Shown piece after piece: positions 16,999 through 25,061 of a stretch of 32,000 nt of DNA. Numbering within the stretch: the first letter of the stretch is position 1; every line of letters begins with the position of its first letter. The stretch is from Erysipelotrichaceae bacterium MTC7. GTDB taxonomy: Bacteria > Bacillota_I > Bacilli_A > Erysipelotrichales > Erysipelotrichaceae. Location: NCBI GenBank assembly GCA_001695645.1, contig LVZN01000001.1:240001-272000 (forward strand), in the 5' to 3' direction. The notes beneath the pieces are model-generated. The model was not told the DNA's origin and ran no database searches. It saw only the letters and a program-made list of their open reading frames with translations. Position numbers and translations under genes: made by a program.

Positions 16999-19900
16999 CT
17001 ACTTGTTTAATTTTCTTTTTTTCTTAGAGACTCCGAATCCAATTCCTACTGTAGACAATAGTAGCATCATCAAGAATACGCTTGTATTTGTAGTGTCTGA
17101 AGTATTTGTCCCAGTTGATGGTTTATTATTATCTCCCGGTGCAATACTAGGTGCCTCTACATTAGGTTTTTCACTAACTTTACTTAACTTACTAATTGCA
17201 TCAACCAATTTAGTTTTTGCAACATCCACTTCTTCTTGTGTTGCTTCCTCATTTGCCATAACAGCCTTTGCGTTTGCTAATGCTTCTACTACACCTTTCC
17301 ATGTTTCTGGTGTATAGTCAACTTCTTTTAAAGCTTCTGCATTTGTTATTGAAGTTTGCAATTCAGTTTTATCAACTGAAACTACAGCCCCTTTTAAATT
17401 TGCAACAGCTGTTTCTAAAGCTGCTTTTGCGGCATTAACTTCATCTTGTGTTGCATCCGCATTAGCAAGAACTGATTTTGCTGATGTTAATGCATCTGAA
17501 ACTGCTTTCCATGTTTCTGCTGTGTAGTCAGCTGCTTTTAAAGTTTCTGCACTAGCAACTGTAGCCGTTAATGCATCTTTGTTTACATTACTTTCTTCAA
17601 CCTCTACTAGATTATCAATTGCTGTTTGAAGTGCTGTATTAGCTGCATCAACCTCTTCTTGTGTTGCATCTGCATTAGCAAGAACTGCTTTTGCTGATGT
17701 TAATGCATCTGAAACTGCTTTCCACGTTTCTGTCGTGTAGTTAGCTTCTTTTAAAGCTTCTGCACTAGCAATTGTTGCCGTTAATGTATCTTTGTTTACA
17801 TTACTTTCTTCAACCTCTACTAGGTTATCAACTGCTGTTTGAAGCGCAGTTGTTGCATCATCTACTTCTTTTTGTGTAGCGTCTACGTTGCTAGTAACTT
17901 CTTTAGCTTCATTCAATGCTGTTTCAAAATTTCCAAATGATTCTTCTGTGTATTTCGAACCATCGTAGTCCTTAACCTCTTCAATTAAATCGTTTAGGGA
18001 TGTTTTATCCCCTTTTGCTTGCATAATGGTAATTCCTTTGATGTTACTAACATGACTACTACCTTCTTTCGCCTTGAAAGTGATAAACAATCTGTGGTAA
18101 CCTTCAATTTTCACATCATCAATATCTACTTCCTTGTTAACAAAGTTACCCCAGCTACCTGTACCTTCTACTGTGAATTCCGCGAATGGTTCAGCTGTTT
18201 TACTGTCAATGCGGAACGATACCGTTCCTCCTGAGTCGTTTTGAACAGAGTGATTAAACATAATTTTGTCAATTGTTCCATGGAAAGCCAAGTCATACGC
18301 AACATATGTTCCATTTTTCACACCACCGACAACACCATCTGGATCATTGGCAACACCGCCATCTGCAACATAAGACTGTGGAGCAATAGGCTCATACACA
18401 TCTTTTGATGTATTAATCTTGTTCAATAAATCAATTAAATTTAAGTATTGCGCACTGATTTCCTCCCCAGTCGCATTTTCATTATCCAATACTGTCTTTG
18501 CGTTACCTAACGCTTCATTAATGATATTCACAAATACCTTGTTCATATCTGTTTGATCAATCTTAGCAACTTCATTGTACACTGCTTGTAACATTGCTTT
18601 TGACACATCACCATCTAAACGTTCACCAATAAGTTCAACTTCCGCTAACTCACTTCCGCCCGTCAACTCTAACTTATAGTGTACATATGTACCTGTATCA
18701 CTTACTTTAAATGGTCTTGTATACTTCTTCCACTCAAAGGTTAAATCTTTACGTGACTCTAGTTTAGTCCAATTTTCACCGTCGTTTGATCCACTTAATA
18801 CAAAACCTGTAGGAGCTTTATCAGCAGCTCCGCTTGTCAATGTAATCATATTCACTAATGATCGTTGTGCACCACTATAGTAAAGCGTCGTTTTATCTTC
18901 AAGTGGTACTACTGTCTTTGAAGTATTATCAAATAAGTTTTTCACATCGCTCTTACTGTAAATTGTATCAGCAACTACGAATTCTCCTTTTGGAGCATCT
19001 TTTGCAACAGCTACATTTGCTTGTGTTACATCTTGGTCAGGCGTTGCAACTTCATCACCTTTTGTAATTGAAGTTGGAAGATCTTCTTCTTTACTTCCAA
19101 ATTCTTTATTAGGTTCACTGCCCATTGTAAATTCTAGCGTTCCACCATTTTGAACTTCTGATGTTTTAATGTAACTTCTTGTTGAGTTTTCTCCATTGAC
19201 CTTCAATGATTGAACATATACATTTTCATCGCTATTGTTATTCGCAATAATAGTTAAATCTTTTCCATTTTCCAAATGAACTGTCATTTTGTCAAATAAT
19301 GGTGAACCGATGGCAAATTCATCATTCCCCATAGATACAGGGTAAAGTCCCATTGCTGAGAAAATATACCAACCAGACATTTCTCCGTTATCTTCATCTC
19401 CAATATAACCTTGTCCAAAGCTACTTCCACGATAGATTCTTTCCATAATGTCTCTAGTGTAGTACTGCGTTTTGTATGCTTCACCAGCATAGTTATACAT
19501 ATATGGAATGTGGTGACTTGGTTGGTTAGAGTGTCCATATTGACCTAGTTTAATTTCACGCGCTTCTTTTTGTTCGTGAATTCCACCTACAGATTCAACA
19601 GCACCATAACCATAATAATTACCTGTATCTGTAAATGTTTCATCTAATTTTTTACCAAGTTCTTCTCTACCACCATATAAATTTGCTAAACCTTGTCCAT
19701 CTTGCATTACATGTGCCGACATGTTGAAAGCATTAGTCTCCGTATAGTCTCCACCATACCAATGAGGATTGAAGTTTTCATTTGACCAATCTCCACTTGT
19801 CGTTCTACCTTTAAAGAACTTATTTGCAATATTTCCATCTGCATTATCGTACAATAACGTATAGTTTTGCGCACGGTTTAAGTAATACTGTGCTTCATCT

Positions 19901-22539
19901 ACATAACCAAGTTTTTTAGCCATTTGATAGATTCCATAATCATTAATGTAACCTTCCATTGACCAAGAGAATCCCTCACCAACATTATTTGCTGTGTATC
20001 CTCTAAAAATTGATTCTTCAAGTCCAGCACGACCACCATTAACCAAGTTGTCTGAAACTGTAGCTGCATTACGAATTGCTGATTTATACGCATTTTCATG
20101 GTCAAATTCATATCCTTTGTTCATCGCATCACCAAATACTACATCTGAACTCGTACCAACCATACTATTTGTTCCACCTGGTGCTATCCAACGAGGAACC
20201 CATCCTTGGTCATTGTAGTGTGCCACTAAACCATTTAACATCTCCGTATTCATTGACGGTGTCAACAATCCATATGCTGCCCATGTATTTTTATAAGTAT
20301 CCCAGAATCCGTTGTTAATATACATCTTTCCTTCTTTAATAATTGGATTTTGCACAGTTCCACCATAAGGACTTGCATATTTCCAAACTGGATCATCATT
20401 TGTTCCTGTATTTTCCGAAAGATTATTTGGATACATGAATAAACGATATAAGTTTGAGTAAAGTGTGACTTTTTCATCTTCACTTGCACCTTCAACTTCG
20501 ACAATTCCAATTTTCTCATCCCAAACTTTTTGAGCTTTACTGAATACATCATTAAACGTATCTGAAGATTCTACTTCATTACTTAGATTTCTTTTCGCTT
20601 GTTCATAACTAATGTATGAAGTAGCAACTTTCATTTCGACAGTTCCTTTACCCTCACCAAATGTTGCGATTGCTGCTCCAGAGCCATCAAAGTTTTTAAC
20701 TGCTGTTGGTGTTTTGTTAAACTCTCCATATACATACATGCGTTTTGAACCATTACTTGCATGATCCGAATACGTTTGAAATGCAGAGTTCCCATTGATA
20801 AATTCAAACTGACTCGCCCCACGAATGCAATCAAGAATCACACTTTGGTTCTTTGCATCATTATCAAATGTATATCGAACAACTGCTGCATGTTCTGTCG
20901 GTGTTGTTTCAACTTTAGAGTTAGCCGCAGGTGTTTTGTCATCAAATTTTACACTATAATAATGTGCATGCCCAATTTCATTGTCATGTGAGAATGCAGA
21001 GCGACGTGCATCCACATTAATTTGGTTTTTGCTTGTTACATCCGCTGCGTTAATACTTGTATTTGACATGTATTGCCATGTACCACGATCACTTGTCCAA
21101 ATTGATGGTTCGTGGCTTACAGTCATATGATTCAACTCTCTTGTTTGATATTCATAAATCGTGTCACCTGTTGTTGTCGCAGGAGCCCAAAAGTTTGCCC
21201 CATGTGGCATTGTTACAGCCGGAACTGTTAGACCTCTTGAAAAGTTTCCATTTCCGTTTGTACCACGAAGAATATTCACATAATCAGACACATTTGCATA
21301 ATCAGTCTCAGATTTTGTGTATACCTCAATATCATCAAAATATGTTAAGAATTCAGCTAAATCTTCTTCTTTCAGATTATCTTTTTTATCATATCCAATT
21401 AATATTTCACTAATAGTTTTGCCGTTTGCAACTTTACCAAGTTTTGTTGTTACTTGATTCCATTGGTGCATTGTCAAAATTCTAGAATCACCTTGTGCTT
21501 GAGGTGTCATTGCGACATCGTTTTGGTCCAATGCACCTAAATCACTCAAATATGATCCATCACTGAATTTAAGGTCTATCATCATATGCATATCTGTAAA
21601 TTCATAATCGTAATTAGAGTCATCTAATAAATACGGAAACATTGTATAACTTAAATAAGTATTTTCATCAACCGCAATATTTACATCTTTATACAGTGTA
21701 TTATAAGCATGTGCTCCATCATGCCCCCTATGAGCACCAGAAACCTCTAACGCTTTAGCTCCTGTCCATCCAGCTCCAGCTTTTTGGTTCCAAGTACTAA
21801 TTGGACCATTACTTCGACGTGTCACCATCCCATCAGGACTCACATCAAGATCATTTGTGAAAAATGTTAAATTCGAGAATTGTGTCATTCCGTCATTTCC
21901 ATGATTCGCTGTAATATCGAATTTATAATAACCGTATGCTTCAGTTAAATTTAATTCGAATGATTTGGTTTGTTTACGTTCGGTAAATCTTTGATTTTCA
22001 CGTTTATCTAAACTTACCCACGTTTTCCCATCCGTACTTCCAAACAACTCCCAGTTTTTTGGGTCACGCCCATCAGAATCATTGGCTGAAGCAACGTTGT
22101 ATGTCGAGATCGGCTTCACCTTTTCTGTTTGAAATTCCACAGTAACCGGTTGTGATTCACTAGGTTTGTGTTCATTTGTCAAGAACTTTGTATTTGTATC
22201 TTGATCAAACAAACGTACTTTTGTCTCATTTGAGTTAAAGTCGGCACTCCCCTTTATGGAATCCCCAATCACCGTGCTTGTGATTACCCCTTTATCAGGC
22301 GCATTAACAACATTTGATACCCCTTTTGTTGGATCAACTTCATTTGTTAATAGTCCATCCTTCTCATCTTCGAATGACTGAAGTAAGAGTGTTTTTTTAT
22401 CGTTTTTATAATCTGGACTAGATTTAAAAACATTGTCATCTTTCGCTAAAGTCTTTAGACTGTCAGTTCCAAAGAATGAAGCAAAAGATGCAAACATCAT
22501 ACATAAAATTAATAAAATTTTACCAGCTTTTGTTTTCAT
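16999..22539 (-). CDS. secreted, C-terminally anchored multidomain GH92-like alpha-mannosidase homologue (1846 aa) with F5/8-type-C (CBM32-like), CBM6-like and FIVAR modules
   Basis: RBS AAGGAG lies 5 nt before the ATG, followed by a signal peptide. Discoidin-like segments are RLFDQDTNTKF...NWELFGSTDGKTW and SGSNDGENWTKL. GH92-like motifs are WDTYKNTWAAYGLLTP, YGHSNQPSHHIPYMYNYAG, GDEDNGEMSGWYIFSAMGLYPV and IGSPLFDK. There are four C-terminal FIVAR-like repeats, then a hydrophobic stretch and KKKRKLNK. Confidence 0.7.
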   Translation of the reverse strand: MKTKAGKILLILCMMFASFASFFGTDSLKTLAKDDNVFKSSPDYKNDKKTLLLQSFEDEKDGLLTNEVDPTKGVSNVVNAPDKGVITSTVIGDSIKGSADFNSNETKVRLFDQDTNTKFLTNEHKPSESQPVTVEFQTEKVKPISTYNVASANDSDGRDPKNWELFGSTDGKTWVSLDKRENQRFTERKQTKSFELNLTEAYGYYKFDITANHGNDGMTQFSNLTFFTNDLDVSPDGMVTRRSNGPISTWNQKAGAGWTGAKALEVSGAHRGHDGAHAYNTLYKDVNIAVDENTYLSYTMFPYLLDDSNYDYEFTDMHMMIDLKFSDGSYLSDLGALDQNDVAMTPQAQGDSRILTMHQWNQVTTKLGKVANGKTISEILIGYDKKDNLKEEDLAEFLTYFDDIEVYTKSETDYANVSDYVNILRGTNGNGNFSRGLTVPAVTMPHGANFWAPATTTGDTIYEYQTRELNHMTVSHEPSIWTSDRGTWQYMSNTSINAADVTSKNQINVDARRSAFSHDNEIGHAHYYSVKFDDKTPAANSKVETTPTEHAAVVRYTFDNDAKNQSVILDCIRGASQFEFINGNSAFQTYSDHASNGSKRMYVYGEFNKTPTAVKNFDGSGAAIATFGEGKGTVEMKVATSYISYEQAKRNLSNEVESSDTFNDVFSKAQKVWDEKIGIVEVEGASEDEKVTLYSNLYRLFMYPNNLSENTGTNDDPVWKYASPYGGTVQNPIIKEGKMYINNGFWDTYKNTWAAYGLLTPSMNTEMLNGLVAHYNDQGWVPRWIAPGGTNSMVGTSSDVVFGDAMNKGYEFDHENAYKSAIRNAATVSDNLVNGGRAGLEESIFRGYTANNVGEGFSWSMEGYINDYGIYQMAKKLGYVDEAQYYLNRAQNYTLLYDNADGNIANKFFKGRTTSGDWSNENFNPHWYGGDYTETNAFNMSAHVMQDGQGLANLYGGREELGKKLDETFTDTGNYYGYGAVESVGGIHEQKEAREIKLGQYGHSNQPSHHIPYMYNYAGEAYKTQYYTRDIMERIYRGSSFGQGYIGDEDNGEMSGWYIFSAMGLYPVSMGNDEFAIGSPLFDKMTVHLENGKDLTIIANNNSDENVYVQSLKVNGENSTRSYIKTSEVQNGGTLEFTMGSEPNKEFGSKEEDLPTSITKGDEVATPDQDVTQANVAVAKDAPKGEFVVADTIYSKSDVKNLFDNTSKTVVPLEDKTTLYYSGAQRSLVNMITLTSGAADKAPTGFVLSGSNDGENWTKLESRKDLTFEWKKYTRPFKVSDTGTYVHYKLELTGGSELAEVELIGERLDGDVSKAMLQAVYNEVAKIDQTDMNKVFVNIINEALGNAKTVLDNENATGEEISAQYLNLIDLLNKINTSKDVYEPIAPQSYVADGGVANDPDGVVGGVKNGTYVAYDLAFHGTIDKIMFNHSVQNDSGGTVSFRIDSKTAEPFAEFTVEGTGSWGNFVNKEVDIDDVKIEGYHRLFITFKAKEGSSHVSNIKGITIMQAKGDKTSLNDLIEEVKDYDGSKYTEESFGNFETALNEAKEVTSNVDATQKEVDDATTALQTAVDNLVEVEESNVNKDTLTATIASAEALKEANYTTETWKAVSDALTSAKAVLANADATQEEVDAANTALQTAIDNLVEVEESNVNKDALTATVASAETLKAADYTAETWKAVSDALTSAKSVLANADATQDEVNAAKAALETAVANLKGAVVSVDKTELQTSITNAEALKEVDYTPETWKGVVEALANAKAVMANEEATQEEVDVAKTKLVDAISKLSKVSEKPNVEAPSIAPGDNNKPSTGTNTSDTTNTSVFLMMLLLSTVGIGFGVSKKKRKLNK
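17158..18009 (-). repeat. four tandem 210-216 bp coding repeats (70-72 aa FIVAR-like three-helix modules)
   Basis: The anchor string TCTTGTGTTGCATC recurs at 17234, 17444 and 17657 with a period of 210-213 bp. The two central copies are near-identical at the DNA level. The protein repeats read NKDxLTATxASAExLKxxxYTxETWKAVSDALTSAKxVLANADATQxEV. Confidence 0.85.
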
Positions 22540-22595
22540 ATGTTCTCCTTCTTTATTTGCCTATTTTCAACTTAACACTTTTGTTTACTCTGTTT

Positions 22596-22626
22596 AAGAT
22601 AGAATTTTCGTAAATTTTTTTTACAA
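22596..22626 (-). promoter_or_regulatory. 31-nt conserved operator-like element upstream of the 1846-aa GH92-like gene
   Basis: Minus strand reads TTGTAA-AAAAAAT-TTACGA-AAATTCTATCTT. It abuts the candidate -35 TTAAAC, followed by a 17-nt spacer and the -10 TAAGTT. Confidence 0.6.
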
Positions 22627-22628
22627 TT

Positions 22629-22642
22629 TGTAAGCGCTATCG
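22629..22642. promoter_or_regulatory. candidate cre (CcpA) site
   Basis: TGTAAGCGCTATCG differs from the cre consensus TGWAANCGNTNWCA only at the last position. It lies immediately upstream of the 31-nt element. Confidence 0.4.
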
Positions 22643-22650
22643 ATTCACTG

Positions 22651-22691
22651 AAAAAGTAAAGGACTTCTCTTTATTATGAAAAGTCCTTTAT
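22651..22691 (-). terminator. rho-independent terminator after the PTS operon
   Basis: Minus strand reads AAAGGACTT, a 14-nt loop, AAGTCCTTT, then ac and TTTTT. It lies 14 nt after the IIB stop. Confidence 0.65.
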
Positions 22692-22704
22692 GAATTCTAC
22701 ACTA

Positions 22705-23010
22705 CTAAAATGTATCCTTGATTTTTTTCATTAAGGGTTCAGCTTTCTTAATAAGATCACCAACTCCCATTTGTACAACTTTTTTGTTTTTGAAACGATC
22801 GATACCACGAATGGCAACATCATTTGATAACACAACACATGCAGCATCATCGATTTCTTTTTGTGTTAATTCATTTTCTACTCCTGCCCCACCCTGCGTT
22901 TCAATTTTCACATCAATACCTAGCTTTTTTCCTGCTAGTGTCAATGATTCTGCAGCCATATAGGTATGTGCTACACCTGATGGGCACGAAGTTACTCCAA
23001 CTACTTTCAT
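22705..23010 (-). CDS. PTS fructose/mannose-family EIIB component
   Basis: 101 aa. The N-terminal active-site context is VTSCPSGVAHTYMAAESL, which matches PTS_IIB_fruc. Confidence 0.85.
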   Translation of the reverse strand: MKVVGVTSCPSGVAHTYMAAESLTLAGKKLGIDVKIETQGGAGVENELTQKEIDDAACVVLSNDVAIRGIDRFKNKKVVQMGVGDLIKKAEPLMKKIKDTF

Positions 23011-23032
23011 CGTATACTCTCTTTCTGTTTTT

Positions 23033-24103
23033 TTACAAACTTGTAAACTCGATATCTAACTCTTCTTGTTCTGACTCTTTGTCGTAGTCAGTAACATCCG
23101 TATTTTCTTTCTTCAATAAGTTTACCATAACTGCTGTTACTACTGCACCCGCAGCGATTCCTAAGATGTATCCTAATCTACCTTCGACAACTGGTAGTAC
23201 AATCAGTCCACCCCAAGGTGCATGGTTCAATACACCCATCATGAACGGAATAATATTTCCTACAACTGCTCCTACCATAATTGATGGAATAACTCGAACA
23301 GGGTCATTTGCTGCAAATGGAATTGCACCTTCGGTAATTCCTACACACCCCATAAGAATAGCGGCTTTTCCAGCTTCTCTTTCTTCAGTGTTGTATTTCT
23401 TTGGTGATAGTAATGTTGCTAACCCCATTCCAATTGGAGGTGTACAGATAGCAACACCAACTCCTCCCATTAAATAAGGCAATACATCAACTTGTGTTTG
23501 TGCGAATAAAGTAGCAACTTTGTTAATTGGACCACCCATGTCAAATGCAGTCATTGCACCAAGAATTGCTGCCAATGGAATTTTTCCAATTCCTTGGAGT
23601 CCATTTAACCAGTTTGTTAAACCTTCCATCAAACCTGCGATCGGTGTTCCAATTATCCATACGATAATACCACCAGTAATTAATGTTCCAAACAATGGGT
23701 ATAAGAAAATTGAACCAAGTGATTTTAATGCGATTGGTAGTTTTATACGTTTTAATTGTTTAACTACAAAACCTGCGATAAATCCTGCCGCAATTCCTCC
23801 AAGGAATCCAGCTCCAACTTGACTTGCTAAGTATGCCCCCATCATCCCTGGTGCTAAACCAGGCTTATCTGCGATTGAATAGGCAATGTATCCCCCTAAT
23901 ACTGGAACGAATAGTGATAACCCTGCTAACCCAATGTCAGATAGTCCTTTTAACCAACCCGTTTCCGGCGTTGCGGCACCTTCTGGGTTTAACATAACTG
24001 CTAGTGAGAATAAAATCCCCCCGGCAACGATAAACGGAATCATGTGTGATGTTCCGGTTAATAAATGTCTTTTTGCTGTAGATATAGCTTTCTTGAAATC
24101 CAT
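23033..24103 (-). CDS. PTS fructose/mannose-family EIIC component
   Basis: 356-aa polytopic membrane protein with the Fru-family motif FDMGGPINKVA. An RBS lies within the end of the IIA gene. Confidence 0.85.
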   Translation of the reverse strand: MDFKKAISTAKRHLLTGTSHMIPFIVAGGILFSLAVMLNPEGAATPETGWLKGLSDIGLAGLSLFVPVLGGYIAYSIADKPGLAPGMMGAYLASQVGAGFLGGIAAGFIAGFVVKQLKRIKLPIALKSLGSIFLYPLFGTLITGGIIVWIIGTPIAGLMEGLTNWLNGLQGIGKIPLAAILGAMTAFDMGGPINKVATLFAQTQVDVLPYLMGGVGVAICTPPIGMGLATLLSPKKYNTEEREAGKAAILMGCVGITEGAIPFAANDPVRVIPSIMVGAVVGNIIPFMMGVLNHAPWGGLIVLPVVEGRLGYILGIAAGAVVTAVMVNLLKKENTDVTDYDKESEQEELDIEFTSL

Positions 24104-24107
24104 AATA

Positions 24108-24560
24108 TTACTCCTCCAAACCTTCTTTTAATAATTTATAAATCGTTGTCTTGTCACCTGTAAGTAACTTGTCTCTGAAATCATCATGCATTAGCTTTCT
24201 TGCTAGTTTTGAAATGATTTTCATGTGCGTGTTGTCTTGATCATTTTCCGGAACCGCAATCATTAAAATGACTTCTCCCAATTCACCTGTCTTTTCACTC
24301 CAGACGAGCGGCTTCTTTAAACGCCCAAAACAAATTGCTGGTTCTATCACTCCATTTGTTCTTCCATGAGGAAGACCAATGTCATGACCAATTGCTGTTG
24401 GTTCAATTGCTTCACGCGCAAGGACATTTTTGTAGAAATCTTCAATATCCTTAATTTTATTTTGTTCTTTCAGTTTTTTTACCAATGTATAGATTACTTC
24501 ATCCTTACTATCTGTATCGATATCAAATACAATACATTCTTTATTAACTATTGAACTCAT
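24108..24560 (-). CDS. PTS EIIA component (PTS_EIIA_2, fructose/mannitol type)
   Basis: The active-site His context is IGHDIGLPHGR. The start at 24560 was chosen because GAAAGGA lies 8 nt upstream. In-frame ATGs at 24569 and 24581 lack a usable RBS. Confidence 0.8.
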   Translation of the reverse strand: MSSIVNKECIVFDIDTDSKDEVIYTLVKKLKEQNKIKDIEDFYKNVLAREAIEPTAIGHDIGLPHGRTNGVIEPAICFGRLKKPLVWSEKTGELGEVILMIAVPENDQDNTHMKIISKLARKLMHDDFRDKLLTGDKTTIYKLLKEGLEE

Positions 24561-24744
24561 ATACTTCATCCTTTCACCCATAACATACTAAACTGATTTT
24601 CCAAACTATCAGAAATGATTTCCTTGCCATGTAAAACAGTTTCTTGTTATTTATCAGGAGCATCTGTATAACGTCATAAAATATCGACCACACTTGGATC
24701 CTTAAATGTCGTTGATATATTCATAGGTTATATCTCCTATGAAT

Positions 24745-24772
24745 ATTATAAGTTATGTATAAAATCTTCCAA
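24745..24772 (-). promoter_or_regulatory. candidate sigma-A promoter of the PTS operon
   Basis: Minus strand reads TTGGAA (24772..24767), a 16-nt spacer and TATAAT (24750..24745). The -35 overlaps the end of the 31-nt element by 2 nt. Confidence 0.55.
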
Positions 24773-24801
24773 GATAGAAGTATTGTAAAAAAAACTTACA
24801 A
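24771..24801 (-). promoter_or_regulatory. 31-nt conserved operator-like element, PTS-proximal copy
   Basis: Minus strand reads TTGTAA-GTTTTTT-TTACAA-TACTTCTATCTT. Confidence 0.6.
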
Positions 24802-24807
24802 TAAATC

Positions 24808-24838
24808 ATAATAGAAATTTTGTATTTATTTTTTACAA
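24808..24838 (-). promoter_or_regulatory. 31-nt operator-like element, PTS-distal degenerate copy
   Basis: Minus strand reads TTGTAA-AAAATAA-ATACAA-AATTTCTATTAT, 37 nt upstream of the proximal copy. Confidence 0.45.
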
Positions 24839-25061
24839 AAGTTGTAATGTTTTACGAAAATTTCGATTTTCTATAATACATTTAGTTAATTCTCAGTTCG
24901 CTGATTATTCTTTGCATAACAAATAGTTTGATAGCAATTGTATTAGTTGGTTCAAAAAAAATCGGAACAATAAAGGTAAGAACCTTCTCAACGGAACACA
25001 TTTCCACCAAGAAGGCTCTTTGTTTATGTGATGGCTAATACACGCATTATCACATATAATT

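Noticed and set aside
16976-17317. 113-aa plus-strand ORF at the 3' end of the 1846-aa gene
   Set aside because: It is antisense to the FIVAR repeats and anchor region. The repetitive Ala/Thr/Ser-rich coding DNA gives open antisense frames, and there is no start context.
23166-24131. Three plus-strand ORFs (81-103 aa) antisense to the PTS IIC gene, and 22718..23087 antisense to IIB
   Set aside because: These are typical shadow frames of a Gly/Ala/Ile-rich membrane protein gene. They are Pro-rich, have no RBS, and the sense genes are unambiguous.
24960-25061. Hairpins downstream of the 1718-aa gene (TATGTGAT..ATCACATA and GAGCCTTCT..AGAAGGTTC) as a terminator
   Set aside because: Not listed as a feature. 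The stems are real, but the only T-run lies about 18 nt beyond the second hairpin. I cannot say which hairpin, if either, terminates transcription, and read-through into the PTS promoter region remains possible.
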